DNA of 41,549 bases from a virus. The position numbers were made by a program, and so were the translations under genes. The stretch's first letter is position 1, and each line of letters starts with the position of its first letter. The notes beneath the pieces were generated by a model. It saw only the letters and a program-made list of their open reading frames with translations. It had not been told where the DNA came from and did no database searches. The stretch is taken from IMG/VR virus record IMGVR_UViG_3300045988_081107, positions 1 to 41,549 of that record; one strand, 5' to 3'. Shown here piece after piece: positions 29,534 to 39,889 of the stretch.

Positions 29534-32464
29534 ATGGCAAAAACGGATATTGGCCCCAAAATAAGCGTTGAGGGCGAAAAAGAATACCGGCAGCAGATGC
29601 AAAACATCATTGCCCGGCAGAAAGAGTATGCCGCTGAGCTGAAGTCCACCACGGCATCTATGGACGAGAACACCTCCGCAGAACAGCGCGCTTCTTCGGT
29701 GGCAGCGGTGCTGCGCAAACAGATCGCCGCGCAGACGGATGCTATGAATGCCCAGAAGAGTATGCTGCTGCAGGCCACTGAAAAATATGGCAGCGCCAGC
29801 ACACAGGCATCGGCTTACCGGACTGCGGTCTATAAGACGAATGCGGAGTTAGAAACCTTAAAAAGCCGCTTGCGCGATGCCGAAAACGGCCTTGGGGAGT
29901 TTGCGTCTAAAGCAGATGACGCAAAAGGAAGCTTGGACGGCCTTACAAACACAGATGCCGGAAGCGGTATGTTTGACGGGCTGCAATCGGCAGTCACAAA
30001 GGGAAGCATTGCGGCCAACCTCTTCAGCAAGGTCTCGAGCACGATAATTGCAGCCGGAAAGCAGGTCGTGTCGACCGGTGTGCAATACAATGCGCAGCTG
30101 GAACAGTACCAGACAGCACTGACCAATATGCTGGGCAGCGAAGCGGAAGCAGTTGCTCTTTTGGACGAGATCAAACAGGACGCTGCCAAAACACCTTTTG
30201 ATACTGCCGGTCTGGTAAAAGCAAACGAATTGCTTATTTCTACCGGCGTAGATGCCGAAAGTTCCCGCAGAACCATTCTTGCATTGGGCGACGCAGTTTC
30301 TGCTACCGGCGGCGGCAATGAAGAGTTGAGCCGCATGGCGCAAAACCTGCAGCAGATCCAGAATGCGGGCAAGGCGACCAGCGCAGATATCAAGCAGTTT
30401 GCCTACGCCGGCATAGATGTTTACGGCATTCTTGCGGACTACACCGGAAAGACTACCGAAGAAGTGCAAAAAATGACAGTCACTTATGACTTGTTATCTA
30501 ATGCGCTTATTTCGGCAGCTGACGAGGGCGGCCGCTATTTTAACTCCATGAGCACCCAAAGCGAGACGCTGAATGGTCAGTGGAGCACGCTAAAAGATAA
30601 CGCCACGCAGCTTGCCGGTCTTATGACGGCTGACCTTGCGGACGGGATAAAGGTCGTAATCGGGCACATGAATGACCTTACTGTTGCCGCGTCAGAAGCG
30701 TATGACACGGGTGGATGGCTTGGTCTGGCAGATGCGATTGCCTCTAACATCCCGATAGTATCGGAACTTAAAACCGGGTTTGAGAATGCTACAACTGCCG
30801 CGATCAATTTTTTGGATCGTGCCAGTTATGCGCTGAACAAAGGTCTTGGCAAAGATGCTTACGCCGGATACAACAGCTACGAGGATTACCAAAAAGACCA
30901 GAAGAAAAAATCAAAGCAGACTGAAGAGGCTCGGCGAAAAGCGAGAGAAGAACGCGGAAGAAAACATGCAGAGCGCGTTCGGCAGGCACAAGCAGAAGCC
31001 GCATCGAATTATATTGTCCCTACTTACAACGGTTCCGGCAGCAGTGGCAGAAGCGTCGGCAGCGGCGGCTCTGGCGGCAGAAGGACTACCACAAAACCCG
31101 CTCAGGACACCAAAAAGCTGGCGAAATCTGTTACCAACACCTCCAAGCAGCTGTTGCAGGGTACGGAAAACATTGTGGGCGCGATCAGCCGCACAGTGGA
31201 AACGGCTGACAATACTTACAACGTCTATGATGGCACGACCAAGAAGCTGAAGGGCACCACGACCGAAACTGTCCAGACCATCACGGACAGCTGGACGGAA
31301 ATGGTGGACGGCGTTGAAACGCAGTTTAAGCGGGTGCAGACCCTGACGGATGGCGTTGTGACATCTGAAAAGGTGACAAGCTCCATCGCGGATGAAGTTG
31401 CTAAAAAGTCCGTCCATACCCGTGCGGAGACCCTGACGGCGGCGCAGGCGGAGATAGACGAAGCTATTGGCTACGTCAGCCGGACTGCCCAGACATCTAC
31501 CGAAACCAAAAAAGTGCTTAACGCTGAGACCGGCGAGCTGGAAGATACTGTTGTATCTGCCACAAAGGTAGTTACAGACTGCTATAAGCGCATCGTGGAA
31601 GGCCAGGAACAGACCGTAGAGCGCACCACCACTTACACCAACGGCATTGTAACGGACATCAACGAAAAGGTTACCGACCTGAACACCGGCATCAAATACA
31701 CCGAGGGCGTTCTGGGCGGCTTCTCCAAATTTGTGCTGGATCTGGATTCTAAGCTGGGCGGGCTGGAAAAGGTTGCAAGCAACCTGACAAAAAGCCCTCT
31801 TGGGCAGTGGTTCAGCGACCTGTCAAAGGGCTACCGCGCAAGTGATAGCTTTTGGGATAACATTGACGTCCCGGGAACGCTTATCAGCGGCCTGACCGGC
31901 GCTGCGCAAGGATACCAGCTGACCGGCAACTGGGCGGGCGGGCTTGTCGGTGGAATATTTGGCATTTTCGGAAAGCTGCTCGGTACGTCTATCAACACAG
32001 AGGCGGGAAGCTGGGGCGCTGACCTTGTGTCCGGCCTTGCAAAGGGGATTCTGGGCGGAAGCGGTATTATCGCTAAGGCTGTTTCATGGATCGGCGGCAT
32101 TATAAAGGGATTTTTGCATTTTTCGCGCCCAGACGAAGGGCCCTTGCGGGAATACGAGAAGTGGATGCCTGATATGATCCAAGGCATGGCGGATGGCATC
32201 CGTGACAACGCTTACCTGCTGCAGGACGCTGCCGCAGACCTTGGCGGAAAGCTGAAGATGCAGTTGCAATACGATGTGGGCAGTGCAAACGGCTTTGCGC
32301 AGGTGGCTACCAACTCCCGCACGGTGAGCATGGGCGGCATTAACGTCAATGTGTACCCGTCTGAGGGCATGGACGAGGAGCGCTTTGCCCAGTACACCAT
32401 TACACGACTTACACAGATGATCAACGAGGAGGCGGCAGCCAGTGGAGAGGTACCTGTATTTTAA
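29534..32464 (+). CDS. Tape measure protein
   Basis: 976 aa. It is largely helical and Ala/Gln/Thr-rich, has Gly-rich hydrophobic segments near the C-terminus, and occupies the canonical position. Confidence 0.92.
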   Translation: MAKTDIGPKISVEGEKEYRQQMQNIIARQKEYAAELKSTTASMDENTSAEQRASSVAAVLRKQIAAQTDAMNAQKSMLLQATEKYGSASTQASAYRTAVYKTNAELETLKSRLRDAENGLGEFASKADDAKGSLDGLTNTDAGSGMFDGLQSAVTKGSIAANLFSKVSSTIIAAGKQVVSTGVQYNAQLEQYQTALTNMLGSEAEAVALLDEIKQDAAKTPFDTAGLVKANELLISTGVDAESSRRTILALGDAVSATGGGNEELSRMAQNLQQIQNAGKATSADIKQFAYAGIDVYGILADYTGKTTEEVQKMTVTYDLLSNALISAADEGGRYFNSMSTQSETLNGQWSTLKDNATQLAGLMTADLADGIKVVIGHMNDLTVAASEAYDTGGWLGLADAIASNIPIVSELKTGFENATTAAINFLDRASYALNKGLGKDAYAGYNSYEDYQKDQKKKSKQTEEARRKAREERGRKHAERVRQAQAEAASNYIVPTYNGSGSSGRSVGSGGSGGRRTTTKPAQDTKKLAKSVTNTSKQLLQGTENIVGAISRTVETADNTYNVYDGTTKKLKGTTTETVQTITDSWTEMVDGVETQFKRVQTLTDGVVTSEKVTSSIADEVAKKSVHTRAETLTAAQAEIDEAIGYVSRTAQTSTETKKVLNAETGELEDTVVSATKVVTDCYKRIVEGQEQTVERTTTYTNGIVTDINEKVTDLNTGIKYTEGVLGGFSKFVLDLDSKLGGLEKVASNLTKSPLGQWFSDLSKGYRASDSFWDNIDVPGTLISGLTGAAQGYQLTGNWAGGLVGGIFGIFGKLLGTSINTEAGSWGADLVSGLAKGILGGSGIIAKAVSWIGGIIKGFLHFSRPDEGPLREYEKWMPDMIQGMADGIRDNAYLLQDAAADLGGKLKMQLQYDVGSANGFAQVATNSRTVSMGGINVNVYPSEGMDEERFAQYTITRLTQMINEEAAASGEVPVF

Positions 32465-33155
32465 CGGGCACAGCAGCACCGAGTACTGCTGCCATATCGA
32501 ATACAAGCCGAAAATTCCCACTCCTAACCGGGAATATGAAAAATACAAAGTTGCTGGCCGAAATGGGGTTCTGCACACGGATCAGGGACAGTACGAGAAT
32601 ATCACGGTGTCGTATCAGCTGTACTTCCACGGCAGAAACCCCACCCCGGAACAGCTGCGCAGCATCAAGGCGTGGCTATGCGGTACGCCTGGTGCGTATC
32701 CCCTTTCGGACGGATACGACCCGGAGTATTTTTACCTTGCCATTGCAAAAATGGGCGATACCAGCAACATCTTGGATAAGTACGGCAGATTTACGGTCGC
32801 ATTTGATTGCGACCCCCGTCATTTTTTGTGGTCCGGGCGGGAGCTGCAGGAGATGACGAACGGTCAGGTGCTGCTGAACCCGCTGGATCAGGTGGCACTC
32901 CCCTATTTTGAGGTGACCGGAAACGGCGAAGAAGGCGAGTTGACGGTGAACGGAAAATCGTTTGGCATGAAGCCGCCCACCGATAAAACTGTGTACTGCG
33001 ATGCAGAAACGTGGAACGCATGGCTGGAGGACGGCACCAATGCAAACCCGGTGACCGGCGGCATCTGGCCGGAGCTGGCAGCGGGTGAAAACCTTATCCA
33101 ATGGAGCGGCGGTATCCAGACCGTGAAGATCATGCCAAGGTGGTGGACGTTATGA
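32442..33155 (+). CDS. Distal tail protein (Dit)
   Basis: 237 aa, immediately after the tape measure gene. The N-terminus YFNGHSSTEY...KYKVAGRNGVL is typical of siphovirus tail-family proteins. Confidence 0.8.
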   Translation: MERYLYFNGHSSTEYCCHIEYKPKIPTPNREYEKYKVAGRNGVLHTDQGQYENITVSYQLYFHGRNPTPEQLRSIKAWLCGTPGAYPLSDGYDPEYFYLAIAKMGDTSNILDKYGRFTVAFDCDPRHFLWSGRELQEMTNGQVLLNPLDQVALPYFEVTGNGEEGELTVNGKSFGMKPPTDKTVYCDAETWNAWLEDGTNANPVTGGIWPELAAGENLIQWSGGIQTVKIMPRWWTL

Positions 33156-34786
33156 AACCTGTTTTACACGATGAAAATGTGCTTTCGGCGGAAAACTACG
33201 GCTTTGGAACACTTTCGGATGCGCTGGAGTGCACTGTCAGCTGCGAGGAAAACGGAACGTATGACCTGACCTTGCAGTACCCGGTAACAGGCATCCATGC
33301 GGAAGAGCTTTTGGAGCGGCGTATCATCAGCGCACAGCCTTCCAGCTACGAAAACCGGCAGCTTTTCCGCATCTATCGCATCAACCGCCCGATGAATGGA
33401 CGGTTTCAGGTGTCCGCGCACCATATCTCGTATGACCTCGGCAACTGCATCGTGAAACCGTTCTCGGCAAAAACGCTTAAAGAAACGATCCAGAAACTGA
33501 ACGAAAACATTGTGGGTGACTGCAACTTTGAGATTTCGGCAGGATATGACAACGAAAAAGCCTTTTCCGTTACAAAACCCATAACCCTGCGGGCGGCGAT
33601 GCTCTCCAACAATGGCAGCAGCATTGCAGACACCTACCTTGGCTACTGGGAGTTTGACGGCTTAAAGTGCACGCTGCGGCTAAAAGAAGAGGTAAACCGG
33701 GGCGCGGTTATTGCATACGGTCTGAATCTGGTAGACGTCACGCAGGAAAAGAACATCGACAACGTATACACCCATGTCTATCCGTACTGGGCAAACGCGC
33801 AGAAGGGCAAGTTTTACGCGCTGGACCCCATAAAGGCGTCTGAAATCGAAGGATATCAGAAAATTTACCCGCTGGACTTGAGCAGCTACTTCCAGAAAGC
33901 CCCTTCGGATGCCAGCATGCGGAAAGCTACCACTGAATTTTTGTCTAAGAACCAGATCGGAAAGATAGAGCCAAGTCTGACCGTAAGCTATGTGCAGCTG
34001 GAAAAAACCGTAGAGTACAAAGACCAGAAAAACAAGATCATTATGCGCGGCGATACGGTAGAGGTGCGTTACCTGCGCCTTGGCGTGAATGTGCTGGCCA
34101 GAGTGACAAAGACCGATTATGACGTTGTTCACGACCGGTACGCCTCGATCTATGTGGGCAAGGCAAGCGAAAAGCTTGCAAGAACCACCGTGAAAGACCG
34201 CAACCGCATGAGCACCACGAATGACCGCGCCATTGACGCAAGCCGTGTAGCCACTGACTACATTGGCGAAACGGACGATGGCGGCATCCAGTTCGGGCCC
34301 GGAAGCTTTAACTACACGATCAACGAAGATGGGCTTGAATTTAATGGTGTCAAAAACAAGCTGGTTATCCACAGCTGGCAAAACGAAGAAACTGGTGAAC
34401 CGCTCGAAAGCTTCGAGGAGCAAACTTATTATGTGGATCTTACCGGTTACTCCGCTATCCTTATTACCTACGAAAGCACAAAGGGAGCCACGTGGTTTGC
34501 CGGTGGCGGCAGCGGCGGCAGAGTATCCAGCATAATACCGGTGAACGGAAAGAAGTACACGTTAATGTATGCGTGGAACAGCCCACACTTTCGGAACATC
34601 ACGGTTTATCAGGATCGCATTGAGTTTGGACCCGGAAAAGAACGGACCTCAAAATACACGATTCTGTCCATTCCGTTGCCACCAGTAAGCTATACCGGCT
34701 CTTTTAGCTTACAAAGCCCCGGATCTGATGGCTGGGATACCAACAGCGCCGTGTGCGTACCGCAAGAACTTTTTGGCTTTTTGTAA
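33152..34786 (+). CDS. Tail-associated protein (Tal, prophage-tail N-terminal domain)
   Basis: 544 aa; the ATG overlaps the Dit stop. The N-terminal pattern LSDALECTVSCEENGTYDLTLQYPV...LFRIYRI is typical of Tal / minor structural proteins. Confidence 0.8.
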   Translation: MKPVLHDENVLSAENYGFGTLSDALECTVSCEENGTYDLTLQYPVTGIHAEELLERRIISAQPSSYENRQLFRIYRINRPMNGRFQVSAHHISYDLGNCIVKPFSAKTLKETIQKLNENIVGDCNFEISAGYDNEKAFSVTKPITLRAAMLSNNGSSIADTYLGYWEFDGLKCTLRLKEEVNRGAVIAYGLNLVDVTQEKNIDNVYTHVYPYWANAQKGKFYALDPIKASEIEGYQKIYPLDLSSYFQKAPSDASMRKATTEFLSKNQIGKIEPSLTVSYVQLEKTVEYKDQKNKIIMRGDTVEVRYLRLGVNVLARVTKTDYDVVHDRYASIYVGKASEKLARTTVKDRNRMSTTNDRAIDASRVATDYIGETDDGGIQFGPGSFNYTINEDGLEFNGVKNKLVIHSWQNEETGEPLESFEEQTYYVDLTGYSAILITYESTKGATWFAGGGSGGRVSSIIPVNGKKYTLMYAWNSPHFRNITVYQDRIEFGPGKERTSKYTILSIPLPPVSYTGSFSLQSPGSDGWDTNSAVCVPQELFGFL

Positions 34787-34790
34787 GGAG

Positions 34791-35036
34791 ATGACTATTG
34801 TGAAAAAAGATGGTTACTTATACCAGTGCACCGTGTGCCCGGATGGGCGCATAAAAAACGGAGGTTGGACGCTGAAAAGCGTCATCCCGAAAACGCTGCC
34901 GCCGGATCAGCTGCTTTTTGAGGATTTCCCGGCCAACAGCAACGGTGGCAATGACTATATCTGGGACGGGCAGAATTTGATTTTTGACCCGCTGCCGGAG
35001 GAAAGCGAGGAAGCAAATGCAGAAAATCAGGATTGA
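34791..35036 (+). CDS. Hypothetical small tail-module protein
   Basis: AAGGAG abuts ATG 34791, so GTG 34800 is the better-spaced start. About 78-81 aa. Confidence 0.55.
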   Translation: MTIVKKDGYLYQCTVCPDGRIKNGGWTLKSVIPKTLPPDQLLFEDFPANSNGGNDYIWDGQNLIFDPLPEESEEANAENQD

Positions 35037-37827
35037 TTTTGATAATCCCGGTCTGCCGAAGCACATCAGCGCGGTGGAGAACGACAGCCAGAGCCGTTTT
35101 TTTCAGGCAACGCTTTACGAAAACGGCAAGGCGTATACTGCGCCTGAAGGAGCTGCTTACAGCATCATGTACCGCGGCTTCGGCCCCCAAAATCAGGGCT
35201 GGTACGATACCATCAACGACGGTGCAGGCAAGCGTGCGGCGTGTGCCGTGTCCGGCAACGTGGTCACCTGCGAGATCGCACGTCAGGCACTGCAGGTGCC
35301 GGGTCATGTGAGCATCGTGCTCTGCGTGACGACCGGAAAAGGCTATATGATCAAGAGCTGGCCTATCGAGTGCGACTGCAAAAACGACCGCTACGACAGC
35401 ACTGCGGAGATCCAGAGCTTTTTTTATATCACGCAGGTCTCTAATGCGGACTGGAATCGGATAATTCAGGCGTTGGAAGAGCTTAAAAACACGATCGACC
35501 CCACCCTCTCCCTCTCCGGAAAGGCTGCGGATGCGGCGAAGGTGGGAGAGGCGGTCAATGCGGAGGCAACCAGAGCGAAGGCAGCCGAGGAGGAGAACGC
35601 AAAGGGGATTGGACAGCTAAAGGAAGATTTAGTTGACTTATCTCATGTGAGATTGCTTAACGGATTTGACAAAGATAATACTGAAATAAATAAATATTAC
35701 AATTCACAAGGTGTGTTATCAGCATCGAACGGATGGACTGCATCCTTATCTTATGCAAGAGTTGAACCAAGCAAATCATACCATGCTAAATCAATATACA
35801 ACTATGATTTGCAAGTCATAGCTGTATGGTATGATGGAGAGCGCAATTTTATAAAGCAAGAATCAAACACATCTTTCATATCTCCAGACAATGCGAAGTA
35901 CGCAAGAATTTGTTGCAACACAAATTATGTCGATGTTCTTGTGTTTGGAAGTTTTGATTCTATTTCTGAGTATTTAGAATTTGGCAATGAAACTGTATTA
36001 AATGATTCGGTTGCAACAGACAGAATTGATGAAGCCATTTTATCTTCACAAAACGAAGCTGATTATGCTTCTAATATCACTGATTTCTATTCTTCCGAAT
36101 TTATGAATATCATATTGAGAAATGGATTTGATAAGACCTCGGTTTTAAAAAATAAATTCCTCTATATAGATGGAAGCATAAAAGATTCAAGTGGTTGGGG
36201 TGTGAACGAAAGCTATATTCTAATCAAACCATCTGTAACATATAAAGCAATGTCATATTCTTTAGACGTTAAACGAAATGTAAAAGTAGCATGGTACGAC
36301 AAGTATAAGGGCTTTATCAGAGTAGATGAAAATGTTGATTTTATAGCACCTAACAATGCTAAATTTGCAAGGTTATGTTGTACATTGAATATCAGTGATA
36401 CATTTGTGTTTACAGAAAAAGAAAATTCATCGGGAGAATATCTGGAGTATGGTTATGAAAAAAGCATAGATGAATCTGTTAAAATTCCAATTAAACCAAT
36501 TAAATCTGAAGTAACATCTGTTAATGGAAAAAAAGGAGATGTTGTACTAACTTCAGAAGATATAGGAATTTCTTCCGATGTAGAAAAAGCTGTTACAGAT
36601 TATCTTAAAAAAAATAATATTATCTCTCCTAAATTAACTATTTCAAAAGTAGTTGCAAGAGGAGGAATTAAAAATTCATATTCTACACCTACATCTGATT
36701 ATGTTACATTCAAGGATATATATCCTGTTTTCGATGTTGGGAGTAATACCACTGGTGCTGTATATGCACTTGCAGAACATCTTGTAGGTGCAACAACACA
36801 GGCTGTATACAAAAGCATAGATGGCGGTGAACATTGGACAAAGATGGGTGATTTACAAATCGACCAAGCCAATGGAATTTGGTACAATTCTATATTTGTT
36901 GAACCGTTCCAAGAAACAATTTACACAATCAAAGTTACAAACGGATATAATGACCCACATCACAATTATATTGAAAGTTTCAACTCTAGCCTTACAAAAA
37001 TCGGCTCTATGGATATTGGTGTTGGTAGAATGTTATCTGGACTTCATAGTATGGATGCTTGTATCAGCAAGGACTACTCCAAACGAGTTGTTATATTTGG
37101 AGAATATGCTTTAGAAGATGCCAAAACTGTTAGAATGTGGAAAACAGTTGATAGAGGTGCAACATGGACAAAAGTTATGGAAAAACGAGCAAATAATGGT
37201 GTTGTATATAGTGGAGAAATAAGACATTTCCATGCTGTATGTTGTGACCCATATACATTTGATTGGTGGGCTTGTAGTGGTGATGGTGATAATCAGTGTA
37301 AAATTTGGAGAAGTCAAGACGATGGGGACACTTGGATGGAAATGTTTGCAAATGGTCAGCAGACAAGAACCTTACAATTTGTATTTGAGAAAGATTGTAT
37401 CTACTATGCAATGGACTCTACTACTGCATCGACCAGAAAGTTTACCAAGCTTTTCAAGATAAACAGGGAAGATATGTCCGTTGTAGAGGTTGCCGACATC
37501 AAAAACAATTTTGCTGTCTACAACATTACAAGGACTTATACACCTAATGGCTTGATTATTTGGGCTTGTAATGAAAACGTTGCAAGTGTTGACGCTGACT
37601 CCGTATGCATCCAGTTTTATGATTACGCAACTGGGACTATTAAGGATATTTACAATTATCCGTTCAATGGGATAAAAAATACTTACAGAGGTTTCCAAGC
37701 AGCATCAAGACGTCAAGACATGGAAAGTGGCAATATTTTCTTCATGCCTACACTTAACATTGGGCAGTCAGCATATGGTACGATGAACACTTGCTCACGA
37801 TATTTTAAGGCTAAAATTACAACATGA
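35017..37827 (+). CDS. Receptor-binding / tail fibre protein: BppU-like N-terminus, two tandem ~115-aa modules, C-terminal Asp-box (BNR) beta-propeller-like domain
   Basis: 936 aa; GAGGAAG RBS. The N-terminus IDFDNPGLPKHISAVENDSQSRFFQATLYENG is BppU-like. The paralogous modules span aa 212-325 and 366-481. The Asp-boxes are SIDGGEHW, TVDRGATW and SQDDGDTW. Confidence 0.85.
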   Translation: MQKIRIDFDNPGLPKHISAVENDSQSRFFQATLYENGKAYTAPEGAAYSIMYRGFGPQNQGWYDTINDGAGKRAACAVSGNVVTCEIARQALQVPGHVSIVLCVTTGKGYMIKSWPIECDCKNDRYDSTAEIQSFFYITQVSNADWNRIIQALEELKNTIDPTLSLSGKAADAAKVGEAVNAEATRAKAAEEENAKGIGQLKEDLVDLSHVRLLNGFDKDNTEINKYYNSQGVLSASNGWTASLSYARVEPSKSYHAKSIYNYDLQVIAVWYDGERNFIKQESNTSFISPDNAKYARICCNTNYVDVLVFGSFDSISEYLEFGNETVLNDSVATDRIDEAILSSQNEADYASNITDFYSSEFMNIILRNGFDKTSVLKNKFLYIDGSIKDSSGWGVNESYILIKPSVTYKAMSYSLDVKRNVKVAWYDKYKGFIRVDENVDFIAPNNAKFARLCCTLNISDTFVFTEKENSSGEYLEYGYEKSIDESVKIPIKPIKSEVTSVNGKKGDVVLTSEDIGISSDVEKAVTDYLKKNNIISPKLTISKVVARGGIKNSYSTPTSDYVTFKDIYPVFDVGSNTTGAVYALAEHLVGATTQAVYKSIDGGEHWTKMGDLQIDQANGIWYNSIFVEPFQETIYTIKVTNGYNDPHHNYIESFNSSLTKIGSMDIGVGRMLSGLHSMDACISKDYSKRVVIFGEYALEDAKTVRMWKTVDRGATWTKVMEKRANNGVVYSGEIRHFHAVCCDPYTFDWWACSGDGDNQCKIWRSQDDGDTWMEMFANGQQTRTLQFVFEKDCIYYAMDSTTASTRKFTKLFKINREDMSVVEVADIKNNFAVYNITRTYTPNGLIIWACNENVASVDADSVCIQFYDYATGTIKDIYNYPFNGIKNTYRGFQAASRRQDMESGNIFFMPTLNIGQSAYGTMNTCSRYFKAKITT

Positions 37828-37889
37828 TTAGTTAACTAAAGAGGGCTTTATTTGACTATTTACCAGCATAAAAAGAAAGGACTGATAAC

Positions 37890-38567
37890 ATGCTCCCTAT
37901 CATGGACGTTTCCCGCTGGCAGGGTAACATTGACTGGAACAAGGTCAAGGCAAGCGGCCTTGTCTCCGGCGTGATGCTGCGGGCGCTGGGCAACAGCGCA
38001 GAGGACAAGCCCAGCAAGCCGTACATCGACCCCACCTTTGAGCGCAATTACCGCGAGTGCCAGCGGCTGGGCATTCCCTGCGGCGTGTACTACTACTGTA
38101 AGGCAACCGGTACGGAAGAGGCTGACGCAGAGCTTGCCCTGCTGCGCAAGGTGCTGACCGGCAAGACAGTGCAGCTGCCCGTTGCGGTGGACATCGAGGA
38201 TACCTATGTGCAAGCGCCGCTCGACAAGCAGACCCTGACGGACCTTGCCGCCTATGCGCTTGCTACGGTGGAGCGCTGGGGCTTTTACGCCATGCTGTAC
38301 ACCGGGCTGTACTTTGGCCGTGATAACCTGTACATGGGCGGCGCGGCACTCAAGCCATACGATGTATGGCTTGCAGCCTACCGCAGCAAAAAGCCTGCGC
38401 CGGAATGGAGTTTCGGGCTGTGGCAGTACACCAGCAAGGGCAAGATTCCCGGCGTTGTGGACGCAATACCGGGCAAGATTTCCGGTGTTGACTTGTCTGT
38501 GCCCTACAAGGACTATGCTAAAATTATCGCAAAGAAGGGTCTGACCCGTCTTCGGGAGGGCAAATGA
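37890..38567 (+). CDS. Endolysin, GH25 muramidase
   Basis: MDVSRWQGNIDWNKVKASG...GVYYY...DIED matches the GH25 catalytic pattern; 225 aa. Confidence 0.9.
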   Translation: MLPIMDVSRWQGNIDWNKVKASGLVSGVMLRALGNSAEDKPSKPYIDPTFERNYRECQRLGIPCGVYYYCKATGTEEADAELALLRKVLTGKTVQLPVAVDIEDTYVQAPLDKQTLTDLAAYALATVERWGFYAMLYTGLYFGRDNLYMGGAALKPYDVWLAAYRSKKPAPEWSFGLWQYTSKGKIPGVVDAIPGKISGVDLSVPYKDYAKIIAKKGLTRLREGK

Positions 38568-38953
38568 CCGAAAAAGAAGCTTTGCTGTGGGTGCTGGGCA
38601 TCTTGGGCAGCCTGTGCGCCGCTGCCATCACGATCGACAAGGTGCTGGAAATCATCCATAAGTACATCAAGAAGGTACAGGCTCCGGACAACGCGCAGAA
38701 CAAGCGGCTGGATGAGCTGGACAAGCGCGTCGGCACCTTGGAACAGGGGCAGCTCCAGCATACACAAGCCCTTGCAAGAGACCTGCGCCGCTTTGACGGC
38801 ATTGACGAAGAAATGCGACTTGTCCTCGTTGGCGTGCAGAACCTTTTAGATGCGCAACTATCCGGCAACAACCGGGAAGGTATGCAAAAAAGCAAGACCG
38901 ACATTAACAATTACCTGCTGAAAGGAGTAACCAATCATGGAAGCAATCCTTAA
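38564..38953 (+). CDS. Membrane-anchored coiled-coil protein in the lysis cassette
   Basis: It has the N-terminal TM LLWVLGILGSLCAAAITI followed by a helical region. It is translationally coupled to the endolysin and the holin. Confidence 0.65.
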   Translation: MTEKEALLWVLGILGSLCAAAITIDKVLEIIHKYIKKVQAPDNAQNKRLDELDKRVGTLEQGQLQHTQALARDLRRFDGIDEEMRLVLVGVQNLLDAQLSGNNREGMQKSKTDINNYLLKGVTNHGSNP

Positions 38954-39278
38954 CACTATTCTCACCCCGCTGCCCGCATGGCTGGCGCTGGTGCTCATCG
39001 TTGTGGGCACTGTGTCGCTTGTGCTGGGGCTTATCCGTCTGGGCTACGGCGCAGCGGTCAGGACGCTGGTGCTTGACCTTATCGACCAAGCAGAACGTGA
39101 GATTCAGGGCACCAAGCGCGGCGCAGAGCGCAAGGCGTGGGTCGTCAAGATGCTGCGCCACTATCTGAACAACAGCCGGTGGGGCAGGTTGATCAGCTGG
39201 GCTATCACCGAAGAGACCATGAGCAAGGTCATCCAGTTTTTCTTTGACCGCATGAAAGCGGCACTGCAAAAGCAATAA
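38937..39278 (+). CDS. Holin (LL-H-like)
   Basis: It has the N-terminal TM AWLALVLIVVGTVSLVLGLI followed by GTKRGAERKAWVVKML, as in LL-H-family holins. 113 aa. Confidence 0.7.
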   Translation: MEAILNTILTPLPAWLALVLIVVGTVSLVLGLIRLGYGAAVRTLVLDLIDQAEREIQGTKRGAERKAWVVKMLRHYLNNSRWGRLISWAITEETMSKVIQFFFDRMKAALQKQ

Positions 39279-39290
39279 GGAGACAAAAAA

Positions 39291-39596
39291 ATGTTTCATT
39301 ATCGCTACATCAAAGTCATTGCTGATTCCGAAAACATGAGTACGAAAGAAATCACTTCTGTTCTGCAAAAATACTTTGCAAAACAGAACGATGGTTTTTA
39401 CCTCGAAATCGACTTGGATGATCATGCCGCTGATTTTGATGGCAGCGGAAAATGGCTCAAGCGGTTAGAAGGAAATATTTTGTGGCTAAATGGCGAATAC
39501 GTTGCGCTCAGCGGTGTGCAACAAAACAACCCGGACGATAGCATTATCGTCAAAATTTCCGCAATTCGTTATCTCATTGTTCACAATAAGGAGTGA
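39291..39596 (+). CDS. Hypothetical protein (AT-rich)
   Basis: AAGGAG RBS; 101 aa. The composition is lower in GC than the flanks. Confidence 0.6.
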   Translation: MFHYRYIKVIADSENMSTKEITSVLQKYFAKQNDGFYLEIDLDDHAADFDGSGKWLKRLEGNILWLNGEYVALSGVQQNNPDDSIIVKISAIRYLIVHNKE

Positions 39597-39600
39597 TATC

Positions 39601-39879
39601 ATGGCAAGCATTACATACGAGCATCCCGGTGGCTTTACCGAGATGTACGCCGCACAAGAGCAATTTCGTGGCATCACGAAAATGGTCTGCGCACGTTTTC
39701 GTGGCCTCACGAAAACATACCATCTCGGCAATGTCAACAAACTGGTGACATTTTGTCACCGTTTCGCCAGCATTGGCAAAATGGTGCGCAACGCCGGACA
39801 GCTGCCGCAGCCCTTCTGGCTCGGTGGCGCCTGTGGCTGCGGCTCGTGTGGTGCTGCCAGCTGCGCTGCAAGGGCTTGA
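39601..39879 (+). CDS. Possible 92-aa protein with FRG(I/L)TK repeats and a Gly/Cys-rich C-terminus; coding status uncertain
   Basis: AAGGAG lies 8 nt upstream, and codon third positions look genome-typical. However, four DNA palindromes occupy the ORF. The C-terminus is LGGACGCGSCGAASCAARA. Confidence 0.4.
   Translation: MASITYEHPGGFTEMYAAQEQFRGITKMVCARFRGLTKTYHLGNVNKLVTFCHRFASIGKMVRNAGQLPQPFWLGGACGCGSCGAASCAARA
39664..39781. repeat. Array of four palindromes (candidate protein-binding sites or RNA hairpins)
   Basis: TTTCGTG-GCAT-CACGAAA is at 39664-39681 and TTTCGTG-GCCT-CACGAAA at 39697-39714, 33 bp centre to centre. GGTGAC-ATTTT-GTCACC is at 39744-39760 and TTTCGCCA-GCAT-TGGCAAAA at 39762-39781. 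Confidence 0.85.
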
Positions 39880-39889
39880 CCGACAGCAG

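Noticed and set aside
35650-36459. The two repeated modules in the receptor-binding gene as a template/variable repeat pair of a diversity-generating retroelement
   Set aside because: The modules are diverged at most positions (protein-level paralogy only), not near-identical with adenine-specific differences. No reverse transcriptase gene exists anywhere in the genome.
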